Origin: Thermoproteota archaeon
Lineage (GTDB): Archaea; Korarchaeota; Korarchaeia; Korarchaeales; Korarchaeaceae
Assembly (NCBI GenBank): GCA_026986575.1
Contig: JALSOH010000004.1
Location: 320,001 to 384,000, forward strand
Direction of reading: 5' to 3'
Length of the DNA: 64,000 nt
Made by a program: the position numbers and the translations under genes. Numbering within the stretch: the stretch's first letter is position 1; the number at the start of each line of letters is the position of its first letter. Below, piece after piece: positions 1-8,784 of this stretch. The notes beneath the pieces are model-generated. The model was not told the DNA's origin. It did not search any database and saw nothing but the letters and a program-made list of their open reading frames with translations.

Positions 1-890
1 CATCCTTGGGGACGAGCAGGTTGTCTATCCAGGCTATCGCTCCCTCCTCCGGAATCAGGTACGATATGTTCTTGAACCCGTCGCCGTACTTCATAGTGAG
101 CACATCCCCGTTGTAGGCGTGGGCGGCCAGCAGAGACCCGTTCTCTAATCCCGGTAGGTACTTGTCCGTGCTGAAGTAACCCGCTATATACGGTTTCTGC
201 TTAATGAGGGCCTCCTTAACCTCCTCCATCGTGGAATCACTCCAGTCATCTAATTCCTTTCCTAAGTACAGTTTGGTGGCGAACACGACCTCAGGCGGAT
301 CCTCCAGCATAGAGAACTTCCTCTTATACTTCTGCAAGTAATTAGGATCGAAGAATTGCTTCCAACTCCTCAGATCCTTTACCTCGTCAGAGTTGAGTCC
401 TATGGCCGTACTACCGAATCCATACGGGACCGAATAGTTGTTCCCAGGATCATATTCAAGTTCCCTGAACTTGGGATCCAAGTACTTCAGGTTGGGAATA
501 AGCTCCTTATCCAGCTTCCTGACGTATCCCCTCTCTATGGCATTTCTCACGTACTTATCGGTGAGCACCACAATGTCGTAGCCGCTCCCACCCGCCTCGA
601 GCTTAGCAAATGCTTCATCATCACTGTCGAACACATCATAGACCACTTTGACGCCAGTCTCGTCCTTGAAGAGCTCGAAGACGAAGGGGTTGTTGTTATT
701 GCTCCAGTCGTACATGGCGACCTTCCCAGAGAGCTCTCTCTTGGCCTCGCTCGCTTCCCGCTCAACCTTCGCCTGAGAGACGGAAGATCCATAAAAGTAG
801 CCGACAGAACCACCGACGATTAAACCGGCAGTCCCAACGACTGCTAACTTGATGAAATCTCTCCTAGAGGTGAACTAAATCCCCCATCAT
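1..890 (-). CDS. PotD/PotF-like (spermidine/putrescine family) ABC transporter substrate-binding protein with twin-arginine signal; 3' end runs out of the window; 5' end has a start-codon/frame problem (see findings)
   Basis: Manual minus-strand translation gives TSRRDFIKLAVVGTAGLIVGG (TAT motif plus hydrophobic stretch), then MYDWSNNNNPFVFELFKDETGVKVVYDVFDSDDEAFAKLEAGGSGYDIVVLT...LIPNLKYLDP...DPGNNYSVPYGFGSTAIG, typical of the PotD family. Absent from the ORF track because the stop lies outside the window. Confidence 0.85.
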
Positions 891-2170
891 GTCACCCCGT
901 TGCTGGGGCCTGTATCAGGCCCCTTATAAATTTTTCCTCTAACCTCGGCGGATCTGGCGTGGTACTCCAACCCCTCCAACCTAGCGAACTTAGCGACCCT
1001 CTCGGAGATCGAGGCTTGGGCCTCTAGGGTCCCACTCTGCCTGTAAACATATATTCCAGAGAAGTCCCTGAAGAACGAGAACGGGCTAAGGCCAGGCCTC
1101 TCCGTCAGGGTACCTCCAGTGGGCAGGATGTGATTCGCTCCCGTGTAACCGTAATCACCGTACACTACTCCTACGCCCTCGAATACGGCTCCAGCTAGCC
1201 TTGCATCGAATTTCCCCATTATCTCCAGATGTTCAGGTGTGAAAACATCGCTGAAATTCTCCAAGGATCTCTTGTCCCCATACAGTATGCCGCCCCTCTC
1301 CATGAGGGAAGAGACCCTCCCATCCCCCGAATATTTATCGAGCTCCTCTCTCAGCCTGAGCGCCAGTTCCCTAGAAGTGACGAGGACTAGAGAAATGGAG
1401 TCGGGTCCGTGCTCCGCTTGAGCGAGCATATCCATGACCACGAACTCGATGGGAAAGCTACCATCGTAGAGAATGAGAACCTCCGACGGTCCCGCTAGGA
1501 GATCTATTCTCACATCCCTCGAAACGACTGCCTTGGCAGCTGTCACGTAGGAGTTCCCGGGTCCCACGATCATATCAACTGGCTCTAGGCCGACTTCAGG
1601 AAGTCCGTAGGCGAGAGAAGCTATTGCTTGGATCCCACCAACTCTCAGAACCTCATCTATGCCCAGTCGGGCAGCCAATCCTTCTATAAGTCCGGAGTTC
1701 CTAGGAGGCGTAGCCACGACGAATTCTTCAACTCCCGCCGCCCTAGCGGGGGCTATTGCCATAAGCAGGGAGGAGGGGAGGGGGTGCCTGCCCCCAGGAA
1801 CGTAGACACCGACCCTCTTCACAGGCTCCGATACCTTATCCTCCCTTATCCACTCCAGTCGGGTCTTGAAACCCCCAACGAAGCATTCCCTCCCATCCAA
1901 CAGGGATACAGCGCAGGTGTATAACCTCTCGTAGGGCTCTAACACGAATTCGTCTACTCTGTAGTCATGCGGGGCTCCATATACCTCCTCCTCGGCTAAT
2001 CTAATCCCGTCGAATTTCTCGGTCAGATGTAACACACTTTTCAGTCCTCTCTCCCTCACCTCACTCACTAGGCTGGCGGCGACCTCGACTGGTAAGCTGA
2101 TCCTCTCGCGGAGCTTGGAGAAGGCTTCATTCCAGAGCTCCCTTACGTCACCGAAGAGGGCCAGTTCCAT
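887..2170 (-). CDS. hisD: Histidinol dehydrogenase (HisD family)
   Basis: RVGVYVPGG, GGIQAIASLAYG, IVGPGNSYV, AGPSEV, QAEH, PEHLE, GDY, NHILPTGG, LEGLEYH motifs; Zn ligands and catalytic Glu/His present. Confidence 0.92.
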   Translation of the reverse strand: MELALFGDVRELWNEAFSKLRERISLPVEVAASLVSEVRERGLKSVLHLTEKFDGIRLAEEEVYGAPHDYRVDEFVLEPYERLYTCAVSLLDGRECFVGGFKTRLEWIREDKVSEPVKRVGVYVPGGRHPLPSSLLMAIAPARAAGVEEFVVATPPRNSGLIEGLAARLGIDEVLRVGGIQAIASLAYGLPEVGLEPVDMIVGPGNSYVTAAKAVVSRDVRIDLLAGPSEVLILYDGSFPIEFVVMDMLAQAEHGPDSISLVLVTSRELALRLREELDKYSGDGRVSSLMERGGILYGDKRSLENFSDVFTPEHLEIMGKFDARLAGAVFEGVGVVYGDYGYTGANHILPTGGTLTERPGLSPFSFFRDFSGIYVYRQSGTLEAQASISERVAKFARLEGLEYHARSAEVRGKIYKGPDTGPSNGVT

Positions 2171-2247
2171 AGGCGAGGATCCCGTGAATCCCGTAATAAG
2201 CTTGATGTGGAGGAGAGCTTATAACGTCGTGACAACCTCTCTCCAAG

Positions 2248-2628
2248 ATGAGTACTGTAATACAGGCGCTCTTTGAGACGGTGAGGACCCTGTCACTCGC
2301 TGGGGAGTTCCTTCCCGAGGACAGGCTCTCCTCGATAGTGGACCTCATGGCTAGGATCTACGTGGAAGAACTTCCTATCACGGATAAGACCTCTTTTCTG
2401 GAGAGCTTCGAGCTAGTTAAGAGCGCCATACTGGCTAAACCGCCCACAGATGAGGATGAGGATATAGTTAGGCTTGCGACTTACAACCTGAGGCAGATGG
2501 AGGAGAAGCTTGGACTGGATCAGGACAAGCTCAGGGACATTTTCCTCAGGAGAATAGAGGAGGATCTGGGAGAGAACCTAGCTAACCTAGTGACCCTATT
2601 CGAGAGATCTATAAGGGCCTTGGGCTAG
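2248..2628 (+). CDS. Hypothetical alpha-helical protein (126 aa)
   Basis: Typical codon usage; TTATAA at ~2219-2224 about 25 nt upstream suggests a leaderless transcript; no recognisable motif. Confidence 0.7.
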   Translation: MSTVIQALFETVRTLSLAGEFLPEDRLSSIVDLMARIYVEELPITDKTSFLESFELVKSAILAKPPTDEDEDIVRLATYNLRQMEEKLGLDQDKLRDIFLRRIEEDLGENLANLVTLFERSIRALG

Positions 2629-3138
2629 CTCTCTGAACATTTTCCTGTAGATCTTGGCCTTCTCAATGACCACTTCCCTCTCCCTCCTGAACCTCCTTAT
2701 TTCGTCCTCGCTGAGCTCCCTTACCACCTTGGCTGGTACGCCAAGCACGAGGGTGGCTGGAGGTACCTCCTTCCCCGGTGGGACGAGGGCTCCTGCGCCC
2801 ACCACGGCAGCCTCCCCGACGATGGCGCCATCCAGCACTCTAGCGCCTATCCCAATGACCGCATCCTCTAACACCTTGGCCCCGTGAATTACTGCTGAAT
2901 GGGATATCAGGGCCCCTCTGATCTCCACAGGATGACCCGCTGGAGCTTCTACAAGACATAGTTCGAGTATCCCGGTCTCAGGGCCGATGACCACTGAGTC
3001 ATCATCACCCCTCACCACGCTGCCGAAGTAGATGGCGCTGTCCTCGAGCAGGGTCACATCCCCAGCCACCCGCGCGCCAGGATCGACAAACGCTGTCTCA
3101 TGGATCGAGGGCCTCTTATCCCTGAAGGGGACTATCAT
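2596..3138 (-). CDS. Gamma-class carbonic anhydrase-like hexapeptide-repeat protein (YrdA/CaiE family)
   Basis: MIVPFRDKRPSIHETAFVDPGARVAGDV...VVRGD, ISHSAVIHG, left-handed beta-helix repeats; start moved to ATG 3138 behind a GAGGTGA SD. Confidence 0.88.
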   Translation of the reverse strand: MIVPFRDKRPSIHETAFVDPGARVAGDVTLLEDSAIYFGSVVRGDDDSVVIGPETGILELCLVEAPAGHPVEIRGALISHSAVIHGAKVLEDAVIGIGARVLDGAIVGEAAVVGAGALVPPGKEVPPATLVLGVPAKVVRELSEDEIRRFRREREVVIEKAKIYRKMFRELAQGPYRSLE

Positions 3139-3148
3139 CTCCCTCACC

Positions 3149-4627
3149 TCATCCCGCGCGCATGTCCCCACGCTCCTGATACCTCATGTGCCAAGACAGG
3201 GCCTCCCCGTGCAGCAGGGGCATGTGACCCCCAACCTCCTGGATCGCCCTCTCAAAGTACTCAAGGAGTTGATCCCTGTAATCCGGATGTGCACAGTTCT
3301 CTATGAGATCTCTTGCTCTCTCTCTAGGAGACTTTCCCCTCAGATCGCACACTCCCTGCTCGGTTACGACCACATCGACATCGTGATCTATGTGATCGAC
3401 ATGGCTAACCATAGGGACTATGCAGCTGATCCTCCCGTCCTTCCTGATGGAGGGCGTTATGAATATACTCATGTAAGCGGCTCTGGCGAAGTCCCCGGAC
3501 CCCCCTATGCCATTTATCACATGCGTACCCATGATGTGGGTGCTGTTAACGAATCCGTAGATGTCCACCTCCACGGCAGTGTTCATGGCTATGACCCCCA
3601 GCCTCCTGATTACCTCCCAATCGTTGGTGACGGACTGAGGTCTCAAGACGGTCATCTCCCTGAAATCTCCTAGGTTGGAGAAGAAGAATTCCCTGCCCTT
3701 GGGTGAAAGCATCAGGGAAGTCGCTGAAATGTACTCCATCTCGCCAGCGGACATCATCTTATAGAACGAGTCCTGAGCCACCTCCGTCCAGGCCCTTAGA
3801 CCCCTTATCCCGGCTTCAGCCAGAGCGGACATCACGGCATCTTGCACGGTGCCCACGCCGGACTCTATCGGTAGCATTCTCTCTGGAATGCGCCCCTCCT
3901 CAATCTCCCTCTCTAGGAAGCCAAGGAGGTTGTCCGCTATCTTCCTCTCCACGGGGCCTGGCTCCCCGACATCCCCTCCCCTATCATGACCGTGGGACTC
4001 CACTATGGCCACTATCTTGCCCTCGGGTACAGCTAGCCTGTCCCTCCCTATCCTATCGCTCACATCCCTCACCGGTATGGGCTCCCGGTTGGGCGGGATT
4101 CCAGGGGAGTATATGTCGTGCACGCCGATCAGCTCATCAGGTATATCCGGATTCACCTCTACGATGACTTCTTTCGCCTCAGAGACGAATGCATCCACAG
4201 CTCCCACGCTCATCGACGGTACAATCCCCTCCTCATCCACGTAAACGGCCTCTATCACCGCTAGATCCAACGGCCCTATCTTCGAGCTGAGGAAACCCGA
4301 CCTCAAGTACTGGGGCCACTCTCCCAGATGAAAATCGTAAAACTCCACCTTACCCGAGTTTATGAGATTCCTCATCACAGGACTGTACTGATAGGGATAC
4401 CTCCTCTCCACGAGGTTTCTCTCTCCCAGTATCTGATCCACCTGATAGGCAGAGGCTCCTGTGAGTAGAGAGATCTTCGCGGACATCCTTCCCTCATCGT
4501 AAAGCTCCGCTATAGTCTTTGGAATAGTTTTAGGATATCCTGAGGAACCGAACCCGCTTATACCAATGCTCACCTTCTTCCTATCGGATATAACCCTAAG
4601 AACGGCACTCTCAGGATCAGTAACCAA
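3149..4627 (-). CDS. Acetyl-CoA hydrolase / succinate:acetate CoA-transferase
   Basis: SGFGSSGYPK, LLTGAS, RRYPYQ, IESGVG, WTEVAQD, NTAVEVDIYGFVNSTH, NGIGGSGDF, IVPMVSHVDH, VTEQGVCDLRG; true start may be ~11 codons upstream. Confidence 0.92.
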   Translation of the reverse strand: MVTDPESAVLRVISDRKKVSIGISGFGSSGYPKTIPKTIAELYDEGRMSAKISLLTGASAYQVDQILGERNLVERRYPYQYSPVMRNLINSGKVEFYDFHLGEWPQYLRSGFLSSKIGPLDLAVIEAVYVDEEGIVPSMSVGAVDAFVSEAKEVIVEVNPDIPDELIGVHDIYSPGIPPNREPIPVRDVSDRIGRDRLAVPEGKIVAIVESHGHDRGGDVGEPGPVERKIADNLLGFLEREIEEGRIPERMLPIESGVGTVQDAVMSALAEAGIRGLRAWTEVAQDSFYKMMSAGEMEYISATSLMLSPKGREFFFSNLGDFREMTVLRPQSVTNDWEVIRRLGVIAMNTAVEVDIYGFVNSTHIMGTHVINGIGGSGDFARAAYMSIFITPSIRKDGRISCIVPMVSHVDHIDHDVDVVVTEQGVCDLRGKSPRERARDLIENCAHPDYRDQLLEYFERAIQEVGGHMPLLHGEALSWHMRYQERGDMRAG

Positions 4628-4690
4628 GTGACTGAGCCCCTTTACCCTTCCCTCTAGCGTTTCGATCCCCCGACGAATGAGAGGGAGATA

Positions 4691-4756
4691 AAGAATAACT
4701 TAGCTCAGGTCCAGCCACATAGCCAAGAATAACTTAGCAATGTTTATTAACTAAGC
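4691..4756. promoter_or_regulatory. Direct-repeat operator-like site (AAGAATAACTTAGC x2 plus partial third copy) in a divergent promoter region
   Basis: Identical 14-mers at 4691-4704 and 4725-4738; TAACTAAGC at 4748-4756 adjacent to TTTATTAA. Confidence 0.55.
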
Positions 4757-4788
4757 TATGTTAAACTTTGTGACGAAGGTGCCCTCCG

Positions 4789-5487
4789 ATGCAGAGAGAT
4801 ACTGTCTACGAACTGGTGGATGTCCGGAAGAGATATGGAACTAGGAGGAACTACGTGGAGGCACTTAGGGGGATCTCCTTAGTGGTTAGGAAGGGGGAAT
4901 TCATAGCTGTGATGGGCCCGTCAGGTAGTGGTAAGACGACCCTACTTAGCATACTTGGCCTGCTCACAAAACCCACCTCAGGAACCGTGAAAATATTCGG
5001 AAAAGATGTAATGAGGCTCACGGATAAGCAGGCTACCCTCTTGAGGAGGAAGACGATAGGCTTCATATTCCAGACATTCAATCTGGTTCCATGGCTCACT
5101 GCCTATGAGAACGTTGAGCTGGCCTTGGCCATAGGGGAGTACAACGGTAACCGCCGGAGGAAGATAATGGAACTCCTCTCTGCTGTAGGTCTGGAGCACA
5201 GGGCCAATCACAGGCCGACTGAGCTTTCTGGTGGGGAACAACAGAGGGTGGCTATAGCAAGGGCGTTGGCGAACGACCCGATAGTCATACTCGCTGATGA
5301 ACCCACCGGTAACTTGGATACGGCCTCCGGATTGCAGGTGATGAGCATACTAAGGTCCTTAGTTGAGGAGGGCCGGACGGTCGTTATGGTCACTCATGAC
5401 CAAAAGATGGCCGAAATGGCCGATCGTATCGTGAAAATAAGGGATGGTAAAATATTAGGAGAGGTGATACCCGATGTCAAGGCATAA
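4789..5487 (+). CDS. ABC transporter ATP-binding protein (LolD/MacB family)
   Basis: Walker A GPSGSGKT, GFIFQTFNL, LSGGEQQRVAIARAL, ILADEPTGNLD, VTHD. Confidence 0.95.
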   Translation: MQRDTVYELVDVRKRYGTRRNYVEALRGISLVVRKGEFIAVMGPSGSGKTTLLSILGLLTKPTSGTVKIFGKDVMRLTDKQATLLRRKTIGFIFQTFNLVPWLTAYENVELALAIGEYNGNRRRKIMELLSAVGLEHRANHRPTELSGGEQQRVAIARALANDPIVILADEPTGNLDTASGLQVMSILRSLVEEGRTVVMVTHDQKMAEMADRIVKIRDGKILGEVIPDVKA

Positions 5488-7072
5488 TATAGGAGGTGCC
5501 ATTCTTATCCTCTTTTTGATTCCCTTGCTGCCCCTCTCAGCCATCAAGGGCCATGTGACCTTGGTGGATTACGGATGGGGAACCCAGCAGGAGGCACTGA
5601 TAGTCCACTCGGGAGACGGAGTGGTTCCTCTGACCGCAATATTCCAAGTCTCCGTAGAGGAAAACCACACTCTGAGGCCCTTGGAGGCTGTGCTGAAGAT
5701 ACCCTCGCCACTCAGGAATCCTAACGGAGGTAGCGTTGAGAAGTTAATACCTGGGATACAGCTGGGCAAGGACAAATTCGAGGACGGGGAAGGATTCGCA
5801 CTCACCTTCAGCGTTGAAATCCCGACGAAGACCCCTCCCGGATGGTACGACTTCGAGGTGAACCTGAGCTATGAAGTACTCGATGAAGACGGGGATGTAG
5901 TGAAAAGAGGAGCCAATAAATTCACCTTCAGCTTGGAAGTGAAGGGAAGGTCCTCAGTCGACTTTACCCTCAGCGGAAAGGTAGTCAAAGGGGAAGCCTC
6001 CACGTTATATCTCATCCTGAGGAATGTCGGGAAGGAAGACGCTCACATAACCTCAATACAGATCAGCGCCTCCCTGATCAGGATACTGAACCCCTCCATA
6101 AGCGGGGGTGCCCTGCTGACTCCTGGGGCCTCAGTCAGGTATGACATAGGGGCATACGCAGATGAGAACTTGGATCAGGATACGGACAAGGTAGCAGTCT
6201 TGGTGCACTACACCAGCGGAGGGAAGGACTACAGCGTATCCAAGGTCTTCACCGTTCAACTGGTTGAGAAGAACGAGGAAGAGGAGGAGGTATCCCCCAG
6301 CTTGATCGTGCTCTCCGATAAACACATGCTCTACGCAGGCATACCCAACGGGGTCAACCTGATCGTGAAGAACGTGGGGGATGAGACGGCCAGAAAAGTG
6401 AAGCTCCAGCTCTCATCCCAGACGATAACGGTACTGGGTCCCACACTCTTCGATTTAGGAGACATAATCCCTGGCGACTCTAGGAGTATAAAGCTGAGTC
6501 TACTGCCATCGGAGGACAGTAAATCCTACAGGCTGAGCCTCTCGTTCACCTACATGGAGGAGGACAATGAGGATGTGACCAAGCAGCTCAACACCGAGGT
6601 CGGGTTTGGGAGGATAGAGGAAGCTAGGGTAGTCATCTCCTCACTGGAGGCCAGCTACAGTAAGGGCAAGCTGAGGATCAGAGGTAATTTAGCGAATGTC
6701 GGTAACAGACAGGCCGATAACATCAATGTGACCATAGAATCAGGGGTCTGCATGGGCACGTCCACCTACTTGGGGGAGTTGGATGAGGGAGAGAGCACGG
6801 GCTTCGCCTTATCCTGTCAGGTCTCTGAAGATAAGCTTCCACCCAAGATAGGCGTAGTTGTAAAGTACATGGCTTCTCCAGAGAATTGGAAAGAGGCTAG
6901 GAGGGAGGTCTCGGTTGAGGGACCCCAAGTAACCGAGCAACCATCTAAGACAACGGTCACCATGACGGATCCCCGCTACGCGGTGGTCTGGGCCGTAGCT
7001 GGCTTGGTGATAGGGCTGATAGTGGGGAAAGTAGCATTCGGTAGGAGGTCCGAGGAGGTTGAAGTCCCGTGA
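5474..7072 (+). CDS. S-layer-domain (COG1361-like) Ig-fold repeat protein with signal peptide and C-terminal anchor
   Basis: N-terminal hydrophobic signal, repeated L/VxNVGxxxA strands, C-terminal TM helix; sits between ABC ATPase and permease. Confidence 0.8.
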   Translation: MSRHNIGGAILILFLIPLLPLSAIKGHVTLVDYGWGTQQEALIVHSGDGVVPLTAIFQVSVEENHTLRPLEAVLKIPSPLRNPNGGSVEKLIPGIQLGKDKFEDGEGFALTFSVEIPTKTPPGWYDFEVNLSYEVLDEDGDVVKRGANKFTFSLEVKGRSSVDFTLSGKVVKGEASTLYLILRNVGKEDAHITSIQISASLIRILNPSISGGALLTPGASVRYDIGAYADENLDQDTDKVAVLVHYTSGGKDYSVSKVFTVQLVEKNEEEEEVSPSLIVLSDKHMLYAGIPNGVNLIVKNVGDETARKVKLQLSSQTITVLGPTLFDLGDIIPGDSRSIKLSLLPSEDSKSYRLSLSFTYMEEDNEDVTKQLNTEVGFGRIEEARVVISSLEASYSKGKLRIRGNLANVGNRQADNINVTIESGVCMGTSTYLGELDEGESTGFALSCQVSEDKLPPKIGVVVKYMASPENWKEARREVSVEGPQVTEQPSKTTVTMTDPRYAVVWAVAGLVIGLIVGKVAFGRRSEEVEVP

Positions 7073-8264
7073 CATTGTGAAGTTCTCCTACAAGGCTATG
7101 ATGAGCAGGAGAAAGAGGGCAGCGCTCACCCTGCTAGGGATATTCTTAGGAGTCCTGACCCTGACGGCGGTGATATCGTTCGCCACAGGTTACGGCTTGG
7201 CCCTCAAGGACATATTCAAGGGCAGCAGTATGAGATTGATATACCTCTCAGCTCGGGAAAAGATGTTCGACGACTTGGATGTCAGCAAGATAGAGGGAAT
7301 GGAGGGGGTGGAGGCCGTGATGCCCCTGATAAGGATCCCAATGAACCTCACCATCTTCGGGAAGAGCAAGACCTACGTGGTCATGGGAGTTGATATGAAC
7401 TACGTCGAGGATGTATTCCCCGACATAGAACTCCTGTATGGGGATTGGCCCCCCAACCCAAAGGAGGAGGCAGTGGTGCTGGGATATAAGCTGGTAAACG
7501 AACTACCTCCAGAAGAGATTGAGGGCTTAATAGGGCTTAATGTGAAGGTATCCTACGACGACGTACTTACGACTAGGCCAAGGATCTATGGGATCGCCGC
7601 GCCTTACGGAACATCCATAATAGCGGATGTTGACAGGTCCATACTGGCACCCATAGACTATGCCATGAAGCTTTACGTGAAGCTGATGGGGCAGAGGAGC
7701 TACACGATACTGGCAATAATAGCTGAAGATGTGGATAGCGTGGACAAGGTGGTAGACCAGCTCAGCGAGGAATATGGGGACACGGCCTTCCCCATAGCCA
7801 TGAAGGACATTCAGAAGCAGCTTGACACTGTGGTCAACATGTCACTACTGGTCCTAGGGGCGATAGCTGCCATGACCATAGTGGTCGCATCGATAGGAAT
7901 AATGAACGCGATGTACACTGCGGTTACCGAGCGTACTAGGATAATAGGGGTGATGAGGGCAATGGGCGCCTCTCAGAGGGACATAGCCATATCCTTCCTA
8001 TTCGAAGGAATTTTGATGAGTAGCATAGCCATAATATCCGGTATGCTGCTCGGATATGGGGCCTCCCTGCTCTTGGCGACCATAATGGGTCCAGGGGAGA
8101 TGGGCGGGCCACATGCCACCTCTTTCGTGATAACACCCACCCTGCTACCCGAGCACGCTATGGCAATAGCTGGCGTAACCCTCTTCATCACGATATTAGG
8201 CGCCCTTCCACCCGCCTTGCAGGCGGCGAGGCTGGAACCAGCTAAGGCTCTCAGGTTCGAGTGA
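7059..8264 (+). CDS. ABC transporter permease (MacB/FtsX family)
   Basis: RAALTLLGIFLG, IGIMNAMYTAVTERTRIIGVMRAMGAS, PALQAARLEPAKALRFE. Confidence 0.93.
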   Translation: MKSRDIVKFSYKAMMSRRKRAALTLLGIFLGVLTLTAVISFATGYGLALKDIFKGSSMRLIYLSAREKMFDDLDVSKIEGMEGVEAVMPLIRIPMNLTIFGKSKTYVVMGVDMNYVEDVFPDIELLYGDWPPNPKEEAVVLGYKLVNELPPEEIEGLIGLNVKVSYDDVLTTRPRIYGIAAPYGTSIIADVDRSILAPIDYAMKLYVKLMGQRSYTILAIIAEDVDSVDKVVDQLSEEYGDTAFPIAMKDIQKQLDTVVNMSLLVLGAIAAMTIVVASIGIMNAMYTAVTERTRIIGVMRAMGASQRDIAISFLFEGILMSSIAIISGMLLGYGASLLLATIMGPGEMGGPHATSFVITPTLLPEHAMAIAGVTLFITILGALPPALQAARLEPAKALRFE

Positions 8265-8280
8265 TCACTCCGATCCTAAC

Positions 8281-8637
8281 TCACCATTTCTTGTTTATGG
8301 ATTCGGCCCAGAAGTATATCCTCTCGGCCAGATCCAAGATCGCATCTAAGAATCTGTCGTCCACCCTCATTGCACCGAGTTTATCTGATGTGATGAGGCC
8401 ATACCTGAACTCGAACTCCTCTAATTCCGGCTCCCCCACCGAAGGTCTATAAGCATGCGGAGTCGTGAGATAGAGCCTCAGGACATTCTCATGGTCAGCT
8501 TCTATCCCTAACCTACTGAGCCCTGCCCTGAACGAGTGTATCATCGATTCCTTGATGAGTGTGAGGTATCTCTTCACCTCGGAGCGCTCCCTTCTAGCCT
8601 CCTCCAACAGCTCCTTTGCCCTGTCGAGGTCGCTCAA
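8281..8637 (-). CDS. Hypothetical protein, possibly HEPN-like helical fold
   Basis: ORF with GAGGTGA SD and TTG start at 8637; pattern A-x-x-L-L-E-E-A ... S-F-R-A-x-L ... D-H resembles HEPN bundles (weak). Confidence 0.6.
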   Translation of the reverse strand: MSDLDRAKELLEEARRERSEVKRYLTLIKESMIHSFRAGLSRLGIEADHENVLRLYLTTPHAYRPSVGEPELEEFEFRYGLITSDKLGAMRVDDRFLDAILDLAERIYFWAESINKKW

Positions 8638-8652
8638 TCGGATCACCTCAGA

Positions 8653-8729
<77 letters not shown>

Positions 8730-8784
8730 AGATGGATTGTAATGCCCCCCTAGATAAATCTTATCCCCTCAATCCGGTTAACAC

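Noticed and set aside
356-823. 155-aa plus-strand ORF and the many other short antisense ORFs in the track
   Set aside because: They are shadow frames opposite well-supported genes, Ser/Pro/Thr-rich with no motifs
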